From Piromyces finnis finn (Eukaryota > Fungi > Neocallimastigomycota), in assembly GCA_002104945.1 (NCBI GenBank), contig MCFH01000054.1, positions 62,001-126,000 on the forward strand: a stretch of DNA of 64,000 bases. Reading direction: 5' to 3'. The notes under the pieces were generated by a model. It had not been told where the DNA came from and did no database searches. It was given only the letters and a program-made list of their open reading frames with translations. This document shows, piece after piece, positions 30,280-43,100 of the stretch (its first letter is position 1; every line of letters starts with the position of its first letter). Made by a program: the position numbers and the translations under genes.

Positions 30280-30660
30280 TAGGGCGCCATTGTAAGTATA
30301 CATGATCAAGTTTAACTATGTTTTATAATATACAGTGTGATTAATAAAACCTTTAATGAATGGTAGTATATGTGGATCAATAAGCATCAAAACCAAAGCC
30401 AATGAAACAATATAATATACTAGTAGTGCCAAACCATGTATAACAATGAAATAGAGGAGTATAGTATAAGTTTGGTGCTTTGTGAGGTAGTAACTATGAT
30501 AGTTAAAAAGCCATACTAATTAATTTCAGAGAAACAAAAAAAAATCTAGGCTGAAAATCTAGTATGACAGGTCAGGAGGGTCATAACCACCTAGCAATAG
30601 GAAGCAGTCAACATTTCTTCAAGAATCGCTATTAGAATTACTTTAAGAGATGGGAAAAGT
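30280..30660 (+). mobile_element. Possible old, highly decayed LINE 3' relic
   Basis: GC-richer island. A stop-riddled plus frame gives KKI*AENLV*QVRRVITT, resembling KSVNAEETVRQARRASAT of the LINE at 9073-9359. Similarity is weak. Confidence 0.3.
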
Positions 30661-31855
30661 GTACTTGGTAATAAAAAAATTAGTTTTTTTTATTTCTTTA
30701 TTTTACAATATTATTGCATATGATAAATTTTTATTATTTATGAAATAAAAAAAAAAGGTGAAAAGAATATAATTATATATATATATAGATTTTCAAAATA
30801 TAACTATGTATATATAATTATATAACTCTATAATTAATATTTCTATTTACATAATAAAAAGTTAAAAGTATAAACTTTTCTATAAATATTGGTATGATGT
30901 TACAATTTTTAATAGATAACCAAATATTAAAAATAAGAATACATTATAAATAAAGTTATATTAATAACAATGAAAGAAAAAAACTTTATTTTTTTCATAT
31001 ATATTATATAATTATACTTTTTTAAATTATTATTATTTTTAACCTTTTTTTTACCAAGAGTAAAAATATCTAGGAATTTTAAAAAAAGTATATTATAAGT
31101 ATATTATCTAATTTTATATATAAGAAAAAAAATTTTAAAGATAATAATAGAACAATTTTGCTCTTATGGATGTCCTTTTTTACAACTATTTTATTTCAGG
31201 ACTAGTTAGTGTAAATATTTTTAAATTAAATAAAATTTTGAAATAATAGATAATAGGAATGAAATATATCAGCGTCATATTTTAATTTCACATCTACACC
31301 ATCATATCCTTCTTTTATGCTATGCTTAATTTAAGCAACAAAAAATTATTTGTATGATACTTTAAATGATTAAATATATATATATTTTATAAGTAATCAT
31401 ATTTTCATTTATCAAATGATTCTTAACTTTTAAATTTTTAGTTACACCAAGCTTTTCAATTATAATACTTAAAAATTAAGCAAACTAAAAAAACATATTA
31501 ATAACCTTAATAATAAAAGAAAATTTTATTATTTTGTTTTTAATAAAATAAATTATAAAAAGTAATATTTCAATAATAATTGTTTTTAGTTATGATATTC
31601 TCTTATTAAATATATATATAAATTATAAATGTTATAAAATGTAAATAGGATATTTAATTATATTCTATTTAATTTTCTAAATATTAATAATAATATTTTT
31701 ATTTTCGTTATTATTATTTAATATGCAATGCTTATCTGTTATTAACATGTTTATAAATTTATTTTGTATGGATCATTCATATTTCTATCATTTTATGGAT
31801 CATACAATTTTAATATTCGTACAAAAATCATTACATTTTAATACAAATGTATTTC

Positions 31856-31887
<32 letters not shown>

Positions 31888-32842
31888 TTTAAAGTTTAAA
31901 ATTGATTTAAATTAAATTTTTTTTTAAAAAAATGTTGAATGATATTAGGTAAAAATGCATTTTTTATATGCTATTTTAATTATATTTTATAATTAGAGTT
32001 TTTGATTTCAATAACTAAAATAAATATTATTATTGATTGTAAGAAATGAGGAATGTATAGCTTATATAACTATTGTATATTTCCAATAATATTATGCATA
32101 ATTTTTTTTTTAAAAAAAAAGAGATAGTTCATAATCACAACTATATCTATCTGTCTTTCTATCTACATATATATTTTAATAGGAAATAAATAATTAAAGT
32201 AATTATTATAAGAAAGCAAGGTATTAATCAACAAGAAAAAACGATAGAATTATTTTAAATATTAAAAAAATGAAAAACTTTTGAAAAATAATAGTTATAT
32301 TTAAAAAAAGAAAAAAAGAAATATCCAATATTCCAATATTACCATTTAATTTACACAATTGTTAAATTATTCAAATATTTCAATTCAAATTTCAATTTTA
32401 AAGACAGTAAATGTCATAATACGAAAATATATTTTATATAAAATAGTAAGCTATAAATATTATAATAATACATATTTTATAATAAATTAATATATATTTA
32501 TATTTTAATAATTCAAAATTAATAAATTTCAATAAAATTATGAAATTTCAAATAATTTCAAAAAACTAAATAAATATATACATATTCATTTTATTAAACT
32601 TTTTGAACTCTATATGCATGTATTCTGTTTACTTTTTAAAAAATAATTAAAACGATAAAAAAAAATAATATATTTTGTAAAATTCAGATTTTTTTTTTTT
32701 TTTCTTAATTAACATTATATATATAACTATATAATAATTTATATTAAAAATTTTTTTAGTATTATAAGAGTTTTCAAACATTCAAACAAAACAAAACAGG
32801 AATTATTGTTTTTTTTTTTTTTTTTATTCTATCACATACATA

Positions 32843-34876
32843 ATGAAATTAAATAATGATATTATATTGAAAATATATGATGAATTTCTAAATTCTGATA
32901 TTAAAACCAAAAGTCGACTTAGACAAGCATGCTCCTTTTTATATAGAAAATATTATGACCCACGATTTTTGGAAATAAACAATGACACAATACTACATTA
33001 TTTTAAATATTTATTATCTAAACCTTTAACCATCTCAAATTCTACCTATACCAATACCTCTTTAAAAAAACTTTTATTTGAAGAATTTCAAAAAATTTTT
33101 TCTTCATTTCAAAATTTAAGATTTCATAATGTTAGTAGTAGTTGTGTTGAAGCTTTTTTTGAAGCAATACTGAAAGAATTTAAACGTCACCCAAATCTAA
33201 TGCATGAATTATATAGTTTTATATATCCAAAACAAAAAAAAGAAACTAAATCGATTAACAAATCATATAATCCTCCAAATGAATCCATTCAAAATTCCAA
33301 GACATTCAATCCAAAAAAGAAAATAATACCATTTCAATTATTGTACAACAATAATGATTCCGAAAAAGTAATTATTCAATCCGTTTTGAAATTGGCCATG
33401 GAACAAGGCCTACAACGTAACAGGTCATTATCTTTTGAAGATTATACTTTTCAACAAAGAATAGCAATGGAAGGTTTATTCGAAACCTTTTATAATATAC
33501 TTTCTATGAAACTTGATCGCCATTTAGGTTTTAAAGCAAATTTTATGCATCTACGAGAATTCGAATTATATAATTGTCAATTTAATTATACTATCTATGT
33601 GCCGCTATCACCACGTCTCCATACCATAAAAGTTGTCGATAGTAAAGTAAGACTGGTGATTGATAGTCATTTATGCCCTAAATTAAAGCAACTTATTATA
33701 GATGAGGATGCCTCCTTAAAACTTATTGGAAAAGGAGTGGGCAATTTTGATCAATTGGAAACTGTTCAACTTAGAAATGTTAATTTTTTTGGAATGCAAC
33801 AATTACCACAATTTAATCATTTAAAAAGTCTCCGATTAAATAATTATCCTTCAGTGAATCTAACCCTTCCTACTATGAATGATCTTCAAGAACTTTTTGT
33901 TCAGGACAATCAACTCTGTGATCAAATATGTATTAAACCTCAACCTAATTTAAAATTTTTAAGATTATGGAATTATCATTCTTGTCTTAGTTTAGTGGAT
34001 GAAGATATTCAATATATATATTCTAATTATGGTAGTAATTTATCCCTTTTTACTCCTCCTTATACCCATCGTTTATCAACCTCATCTACCACTTCCACTT
34101 TTTCTAATCATTCAACTTCCACAACCTCCTCCTCCACCTCATCAGCAATGCTTTTAGAGGTGGATGCTTTTATTGACTATCCATCGTATTTCCCTAGAGT
34201 AGAATATTTACGTATAGGTTATTGTAATGATCTTTTCTTTATTAAACAAATATCACAACGAATATCTACAATGATGACTAAAAGCTCAGCATTTTCCTCA
34301 ACTTCCCCTTCATCGAGATATGATACTAGCCCTTCTGTAGTTCATTCCACAGAAAAAGTAGGGAAATTACGAAGATTTAATTTATTATTTCCAAATCTTA
34401 AAACTTTAGTTATTGAAAGAAGTTGCGATTTAGTGGATTATTTAAAGTGGTTTGTCCCCACACTATCACTATTAACTATTCTTATATTTAAAGATTGTCA
34501 TTGGGGTGGTAATGGCATGGTACCATTGAATTTAGAGAATTTAAATTATGAAAGTACGACATTAAATGACAGGAGTAACGTTGAAACCTTTTCCAATACT
34601 AATCAAAATAGTTATGATAATGATGAAAATAAGAAAAGGGAGGAAGAGGAAGAACAAGAAAAAATTGAAGAGGTATTATTACGTTCAAATAATTTACAAG
34701 CAGTATTACAAAAGATGCGATTCCCAAATACTCTATCAGAAATTATATTTATTAATTGTTCACAGGATCTCTCTGATTTTATTAAAAAAGTACTTCAGTC
34801 TCGTCATCTTTCCCTAAAATTTAAAGACATTCAATGTAATGAACAACAACTAAAAAAATGGTGGTCAATGTTTTAA
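32843..34876 (+). CDS. Intronless protein with an F-box-like N-terminus and degenerate leucine-rich (RNI-like) repeats
   Basis: 677-aa ORF; N-terminal LNNDIILKIYDEFL...RLRQACSFLY; LxxLxL repeats (LKQLIID, LKSLRLN, LQELFVQ, LKFLRLW, LKTLVIE). Confidence 0.6.
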   Translation: MKLNNDIILKIYDEFLNSDIKTKSRLRQACSFLYRKYYDPRFLEINNDTILHYFKYLLSKPLTISNSTYTNTSLKKLLFEEFQKIFSSFQNLRFHNVSSSCVEAFFEAILKEFKRHPNLMHELYSFIYPKQKKETKSINKSYNPPNESIQNSKTFNPKKKIIPFQLLYNNNDSEKVIIQSVLKLAMEQGLQRNRSLSFEDYTFQQRIAMEGLFETFYNILSMKLDRHLGFKANFMHLREFELYNCQFNYTIYVPLSPRLHTIKVVDSKVRLVIDSHLCPKLKQLIIDEDASLKLIGKGVGNFDQLETVQLRNVNFFGMQQLPQFNHLKSLRLNNYPSVNLTLPTMNDLQELFVQDNQLCDQICIKPQPNLKFLRLWNYHSCLSLVDEDIQYIYSNYGSNLSLFTPPYTHRLSTSSTTSTFSNHSTSTTSSSTSSAMLLEVDAFIDYPSYFPRVEYLRIGYCNDLFFIKQISQRISTMMTKSSAFSSTSPSSRYDTSPSVVHSTEKVGKLRRFNLLFPNLKTLVIERSCDLVDYLKWFVPTLSLLTILIFKDCHWGGNGMVPLNLENLNYESTTLNDRSNVETFSNTNQNSYDNDENKKREEEEEQEKIEEVLLRSNNLQAVLQKMRFPNTLSEIIFINCSQDLSDFIKKVLQSRHLSLKFKDIQCNEQQLKKWWSMF

Positions 34877-35584
34877 AAAAAAGAAAGTTTTATATATTAT
34901 GTTTAGAGTCGTTATATATAGAAAATAAAACAAAATAAAATAAATAGCTAAATAACTTTTAATTTTTTGAATTAAAAAGTTTTACATAAATATATTTATT
35001 TATTTATTATTATTTATATTTGCTTTTATAGTTAAATGGAGAGTAATACATTTTTATTGTATACAATCTATTTTGAAAGTATTTTTTTTTTTAAAAAAAA
35101 TATATATATATATATATATTTATTATTATTATAATTATTATTATTTTTCTTTTTTTTTAATAATATCATTATAAGTATTATTTATTTAGATATTAGATTT
35201 TATAATATTTCATTGTTCATTATAAAAAATTACTAGATCTAAATATTATATGATTTTCCTTTTTTTTTTTTTTTATTATTTCATGTAAAATTTTAAATAC
35301 ACTTTTAAATACTTTCTAAATTGTCTTTAGGATAGTGTATATTAATATAAATAATATATATGCATATAAAGAAAATATATAAACACATAGAAATACCAAA
35401 TAATAATTAAAGTTCTTTTTCTTATAAATTTCTAATTAAAAATACTTTATATAATATATATAAATTTATAAAAATATTAATTTTTTTTTATCTTTTTTTT
35501 TTTTTTTTTCTTTTTTTTTCTTTTTTTTTAAATACCGGTTAAAACATTTCAAATTTTAAAAAAAAAGTTAATTTTTTATATATA

Positions 35585-36948
35585 TCATTCGTTTATCATG
35601 TTATTTGAAGCAAATAATTCATCTATTACTTTAGTCGCTGATTCTCCTTCTTTGGATATTATATTATGATTCAACGACATAAACTGATACTTTTTTTTTT
35701 TTTTTTTTAAAAAAGGCAATTATTTAAATGTATAAAAGAATTAATAAATTTATATTATAATAAAAATATACATTTTAATAAATTGTTAAGATATTTAAAA
35801 AGTATATATATATATAAACTTTATATAATAATATATTATTTTTTTTACGTTTAAAGCGGATTGATTCTGTCTTGGTGTTGATATATTATTAGCGAGTTCT
35901 TGAGGTTGGAATATATTTGTAATTTCATCAGCACTCTTTGATGCAGGACTAAAATATTTAAAATATTTAATAATAATATTCCAAATTTAATATAAAAATT
36001 GATTATATCAATTATTATAAGTAAATATCTTTTTACGTTTTAAAGACGTGTTCTCCTTTAATATAGATCAATTCAAGAGATATCTTTAATTATATAAATA
36101 TTATTTTATATTTTATAAAAAAAAAGATTATTATTAATATATATATTTTTTTATGTTTTATTGTTGTAATAGTCAGTATTTAAATAAGATTACTTTAATA
36201 GTCGAATTAATTTTCGATTCTTGAAGAAGGTATCTTCTTGTATTTATTCTCGAACCAGCAAATTCTGCCAAGTTGATATCAACTGTTCCAATACTTTCTA
36301 TTTGTTTTCCTATACTTGTTTCCTTTATTTTTTATTTTTTTTTTTTGGGTTTTATTAAATATATATTATTATTTTAATATTTAACTATTTTATACACTTT
36401 ATGCTTTTTAAATGCTATAGAAAGGTGTTTAAAAGGATGAAATAAAGTTGATATATTACCTGCTTACGAATGTTAAAAGATAATATACAAGGTGTCAATT
36501 CACCATCTTTACCAATAACCATTGTAATATTATCTATTGTAAATTGTTTTTCCCATGAAACAGCATGTTCATTAATTGGAATTCTTTTATTTTTATTTTA
36601 TTTTTTTTATTATTATAATTTTTTTTTTTTGATATATAATATAGATATATATGGAGATAATATATAGTAATTATTTATTAATAAAATTGATTATACTAGG
36701 TCAAATGCTTAATACATTTATTATTGCTATTGCTCATATACATATATTTATTAATTTATTGTATGTTTAAAAAAAAAGTAAATCAATTACTTTTCAGTTT
36801 TTCCGTGTGAAGAACCACCTGTTTTTAATTTCCATTTGGTATAATACTGTCCTGTAATATGTGGTATATTAACGAGATCATGGATAGTGAAAATGGCTTT
36901 GAATATAACTTTTCTTGATTTTGGTATAAACATATTTGAGATATTCAT
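35585..36948 (-). CDS. NT-C2 (EEIG1/EHBP1 N-terminal C2) domain protein, 6 exons
   Basis: Spliced: KSRKVIFKAIFTIHDLVNIP...YYTKWKL...HAVSWEKQF...SIGTVDINLAEFAGS...RRYLLQESKINSTIKISLEL...KVIDELFASNNMINE*; all junctions in frame. Confidence 0.88.
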
Positions 36949-39341
36949 TTTTTTTTTTTTTTTTTTAACTTTATATTTTATTGTGATATTTATTATTATT
37001 GATGTAAATTTTTAACTGATATTTATGTTTATAAAGTTTTATTATTATTGTATTAAAAATATAGATAGATATGAAGATAAATTGAATTTAAAATTTTCTA
37101 TTTTGTTTCTATATTATTATAGTTGAAAAAAAATTGAGAAATTTCATATATTTGCTTTTGCTATTACTTTTTATGTATATAGTTTAATACGAAAATAATA
37201 ACAATAAAAAAAGAATATAAAATAATAAAGGTTTATTAGTATTACAATTATAAAAATAATTATAAAGTTTAATGAAACTATATATATAATATCATTCTAC
37301 TATTTTTAATAGTTTTATGTTATATATTTCCACATTCTTTTTATTTTATTAGAGTTGCATTATGCAAACAAAAATGCTTATATATATATATATATATTTA
37401 AATATATTTTGCTCAATATACTAATATTGAGTATATAATTTCAAAATTTCAATAATTTATATAGTCAATAATTATTATAGTAATAACATTTTTGAGTATT
37501 AAGTGAAATAATTTAATAATTTTTATCTTTTATTTTCATTTAAATATATACATATACTTTTTTTTTTTTAAAAACTATTTATATATATAATATTGTTTTT
37601 ATTTGTGTAATTAATGAAATTAGAAATTCATACGCTTATTAAAAATCTTTGTTTTTATTTAGAGTATTTAGTGCATTTAGTTTATTACAAAGAAAGTTCA
37701 ATTAATATCTTTAAAGAAAAGGAATTTTACATCTTTATTCCTCAACTCTTTATTTTAGCCCAAGATATATATATGTATTTATATTAATATAAAATACAAT
37801 TATATTAAAAAAATATATTTACAATTGATGTTTTTTTTTTATTTATTTTATTTATTTTTATTATTAATATTTTTATTTATTTATTTATTATTATTATTAT
37901 TTTTTTTACTGTTTATCTGTCTTTTGATTTTAATAATTTCTTTTATTTTTTTTTTATTTTTTTTTTATATATATATATTTATTTGAAATTGTATATTAAG
38001 ATATTATTTTATTTTCCCAGTGCAATATAGAAATGAATACTTTTAATTTTAATTTATTATTATTATTATTATTTTGTAAAAAGTTTTCTTTATTTATTAT
38101 AAAAAGTATTTTTTTTCTTTTTTTTTTTTTTAAGAAATTTTAAATTAATTGAAAGGTTTTTTTTTTATTTTTATAAAAAGAAAATATTTTTTATATAATT
38201 TCTATTATATTTATAATTTTAATTTTTTTTTTTTTAGATATTCCTTTTTATTAATAAAATTTTAAATAATGAAAAAAAAAAAAAAAAACTGTCAAAATTT
38301 TAAAAGAGAAAATATTTTTATAAAAGAAAGAAAACAACTTTTTTGAGTATTTTTACACTTGAAGAGAACAAACCAAATGAATAATGAATAAATAATAAAG
38401 GAATAAATAAAATATAAAAAGACAACTTTTTTTTTATTTAAAATTTAAAAATTTATTTAAATAATAAAATAAGCTAAAACTATTCCTTTTTTTTTTTTTT
38501 CTTTAAATATATATTATAAAATGTAATTTTATTTATTATTACTTTTTTTTTCTTTTGGTTTTTACAAAGAATAAAATAAAATAAAATAAAAAAAAAAAAC
38601 TCTGTAATGATGCTTTTCATTCATTAAATTTTAAGTGATGTATATATTGTCTTTTTTTTTTTTTATTTTACCTTTACCAATGAATTAATAATTACTTTTT
38701 TCATTTAATTATAATTTTAAATACCATAAAATTAAGAAAAAAGAAATTGAAAATGACTAATTAAAAGTAAAATGAAAACTAAAACTTTTTTGGTGAAAAA
38801 GTTAAAGTCTTTTTTTTTCGTTTTATTTTTCAAAATTTTAAAATAAATAAAAAATTTATTTTTATAATAAATAAAGTTCTTTAATTATCAAATTAAAAAA
38901 ATAAAAAAATTATCTCTATATATAATTAATATATGATTTAATATAAATCAATATATGGAATTAAATCATTTTAATTAATTTTATAATTAACATATTAATA
39001 TATGAATAAAATGGAGAATTTAAATATTTTTTTTTTTTTAAAAAGCATTTTTTAAAAAACTTTTTAATAAACTTTACAAGTTTTGCTTTATATTAAAATA
39101 AAGAAATAAAATAAAATGGATGAAGAGTTAGAAAAGAAAAAGAAAAAAAATTAAAGATGTAAAATTGTTTTTATTACATTTAATTTTATAATTTCATTTA
39201 TAAGATAGATCCCGATATAATTATAAAGATGATATATTATCATTTCATTCTATTTCATTGATTGCTGAATATAAATCTATATTCATTATACAATCATTTA
39301 TTTATTTCTTCATTCTTTTAGAAATTGTTATCGTTGATTAC

Positions 39342-39392
<51 letters not shown>

Positions 39393-39858
39393 CTTTAAAA
39401 AAAATATTTTCAATTATTTTTTCAATTTTTTTTTAAAAAATAAAAATTGAATTGACCGTTTCTTTCCTTTTTATTATTTATTAAATTTTTTAATTAAAAA
39501 AATTTTTTTTAAATTTTTTAGATCCACATGTTTTAAATTATAAAATTTGGAAAAAGGTTATATTAAATGTATAATCCAAATGAGAAAGAAGAAGGAAAAA
39601 AAAGTTAATATTATCTTTATTTTTTTTTAATTGTTGTGTTATTAATGATATTTTCATTTTTTTTATTTTAAATATTTTATAATTATTTAAATAAACTTTA
39701 AAAAATACATGTTTTTTAAAAAATTTATATTTTTATTAAAAAGAAGAAAAAAAAACTTTATTTTTTTTTTTTGTTTTAATAGAAATAAGATACCTTTTAA
39801 AGAGAAAAATGTAATATTTAATAGAGTTAATTATATTACATTATATTAATATTGTTTT

Positions 39859-40093
39859 TTATATAGTTTCATTTTTAGAGATGAGTGGTAATTTTTGTAA
39901 ATCGCTTTTCATATTTTTAATCAAGTCTAATGCATTTTTAATTTCAGATACATTTGATTTACTTATTTCGATTTCTCTGGTAATGTATCTATGGAAATTA
40001 TACAAAAAGGAAAAAGTTAGTTTAATTTATTACGTAGATATATATATATATAATGAATAGGATAAAACAACAACAACAACAACAACGAAGACG

Positions 40094-40158
<65 letters not shown>

Positions 40159-43100
40159 AACGTAACAATAACAACAACAATAACAATAACAATAACAATA
40201 ACAATAACAACAATAACAATAACAATAACAATAACAACAATAACAATAACAATAACAATAACAACAATAACAATAACAACAATAACAATAACAAAAACAG
40301 CAACAACAATAACAATAACAATAACAAAATAGTTTATTACCTGGCAAATGTTGATGCAATTTCTTGTTCATACCATATATTAAAGGTTTTTAAATCCATA
40401 CTAATATTTGGTGTAACATAATTTAATAAAGTACCTACGGAATGAAATTCTTGGGTTAATATGTCATAATCTCTATTAAGACTGTTTAAAAGTAAAAGGC
40501 GTTCATCATTTGGCGGTCTTGATGGTCCAGAATAATTTTTTTCTTGTTCTTCTAATATATTTATATTATCAGATAGACCTCTATGTCTTTTAGCTAAACT
40601 TTGATATTGATTAACTAATTCTTCATAATATGGAATAGATGTCTATAGATTGGTGTTTGAAAAAGGAATATCAAAACAATAAAGTTTTTTTAGTGATAAT
40701 TATTTACTATTTTAATTTTATGAAAATAGTTTTATTAAAATTAAAAAGGTATATTTATTTTAAATATTACTTTTGCTCCAATAATATCATTGACAAGATC
40801 AGCAAATCTAATTTATTTTAGAATTAAATATATATAATATATTAAATATATTAATTGTGATTATTCATATATTCAATTTACTATTAGGTTCTATCCATTT
40901 ATATAATTACATTTCACTAATGTCCATATCAAGTAATTCCTATTATTTTTTTTTAAATTAATAAAAGATATATTATTTATTCAATTCAATTGATTATTGT
41001 TGTATAAAATAATATTTACCTCGTTATAATAACTATTACTTAGTTTTCTGAGTGTACTTAATACTGGACGTTTATCATCTATTATTAGGGAGGATGGTTT
41101 ACCTATTCCATATCTTATTCTTCTAAAGCTATTAGATAATTCTAATAAAAATAAAAATAAAAATTAAAAAGTTTAATTTTGATTTTTATATATACATATT
41201 TATTTTAAGAGATAATAAAAATTCTAATATTGAATTATTGTTATTATTTTCATAAAAATAAATAGGTGTACCTTTATGATTTTTGCTTAATTTTTTCATA
41301 ACATTACTAATTTGTTTAACACTATTAACATCTTGATTTAACTTAGATTCTTGATTTTTTAATTTTTTTATTTTTTCATCTATATTTTCTACAGAGGTTG
41401 GGTATTCATTCATTATTTTTTCTCTCATAGATTGACACTTTTTCATTGTTCTTTCATTTATCATTTCATTCTTCATGGATTAAAATAATAAAAATAATAT
41501 TTATATATGTTTAATATGTTAATATGAGGTAGACATTTAACAAACAATATGATGTTGATGATTATTAATAAAAATATTAAAAATTAAAATGATTAAAGAA
41601 AAAAAAATTTTTTTTTCTTACATCAAATGAAGGTATAATTAAAAATTCTCCAATTAATTCATGTTGAGAATAAGTTTTATGTTTCAAAAGAAAAGATAGC
41701 ATTTTGTTGATACGATTAGAACATTTTTCAATTAATTTATTTTCAGCTGTAAGTGATATCTCCTTATTTGATATTACTTTAGAAACATTGGAAAAATCTT
41801 TTAAATTGGTGATACAAGCATGTGGATATTCAAATACAAGCTTTTAATATTATAAAAAGTTAAAAAATATCATTAATATTAATATATTCTTTATATAGAT
41901 TTAAAAACAAAATTTTCTTCTTATTTTTATTCTTATTCTTATTCTTATTCTTATTCTTATTCTTATTCTTATTCTTATTCTTATTCTTATTCTTATTCTT
42001 ATTCTTATTCTTATTCTTATTCTTATTCTTATTCTTATTCTTATTCTTATTCTTATTCTTATTCTTATTCTTATTCTTATTCTTATTCTTATTCTTATTC
42101 TTATTCTTATTCTTATTCTTATTCTTATTCTTATTCTTATTCTTATTCTTATTCTTATTCTTATTCTTATTCTTATTCTTATTCTTATTCTTATTCTTAT
42201 TCTTATTCTTATTATTATTCTTATTCTTATTATTATTCTTATTCTTATTATTTTGGAAATACCTGTTGTCTTAAAAATAAAAAGTCTAATAAAATGTTTT
42301 TTATTAGAAAAAATGATAATTAGATATATATTTTAATACTTTTTATTAATTATATCTTATAATATATACCTGATAAGGAACGTTTTACCGTCAAAATAGA
42401 ATTTATATCACCAAACTATTAGTAGTTAGAAAAATTTTTTTATTAAAATATAATCTTATATATAGAATATATATATATATATTTAAAAACAATCTTATAT
42501 TACTCGTCCTGATTTAAGAGTAAATAGAATAGTATCATCTTTTATTTTTCCTCGAGTAACCATAGCAAATTTTTCATTACTTTTGCCTCTTTTATTAACA
42601 ATGATATAATCTTTACAAATAAAAAAATATATAGGTTATTTTAAAAATAGATAATAATAACTATATTTATAACTATTTATCAATTAATAATAACAATAGG
42701 AGTAAGAAAAATAATAATAACAATAATAATAATATAAACAACGGTATTATTTCTATTACTACTACTACTACTACTATTATTATTATTATTAATTACTACT
42801 ACTACTATTATTATTATTAATTACTACCACTACCACTACTATTACTGTTATTATTAATTATTACTACTACTACTATTATTATTATTTGTATTTTCTTTTT
42901 TTTTTTTTTTTCAAAAACTTACTATCGAGTAAATCGAGAATTTCATCATTTTTAGTAAAGGCAACTGGTGTTTTATTTTTGGAATTTTTAATGGTAGGAT
43001 CGGCTTGAAGCTTTAATAATAATTTCACCATATCTAAGTTATTTCTGTAAACAGCAATATGTAATGGGGTATTACCTTCATTGGTCTTGGCATTAACGGA

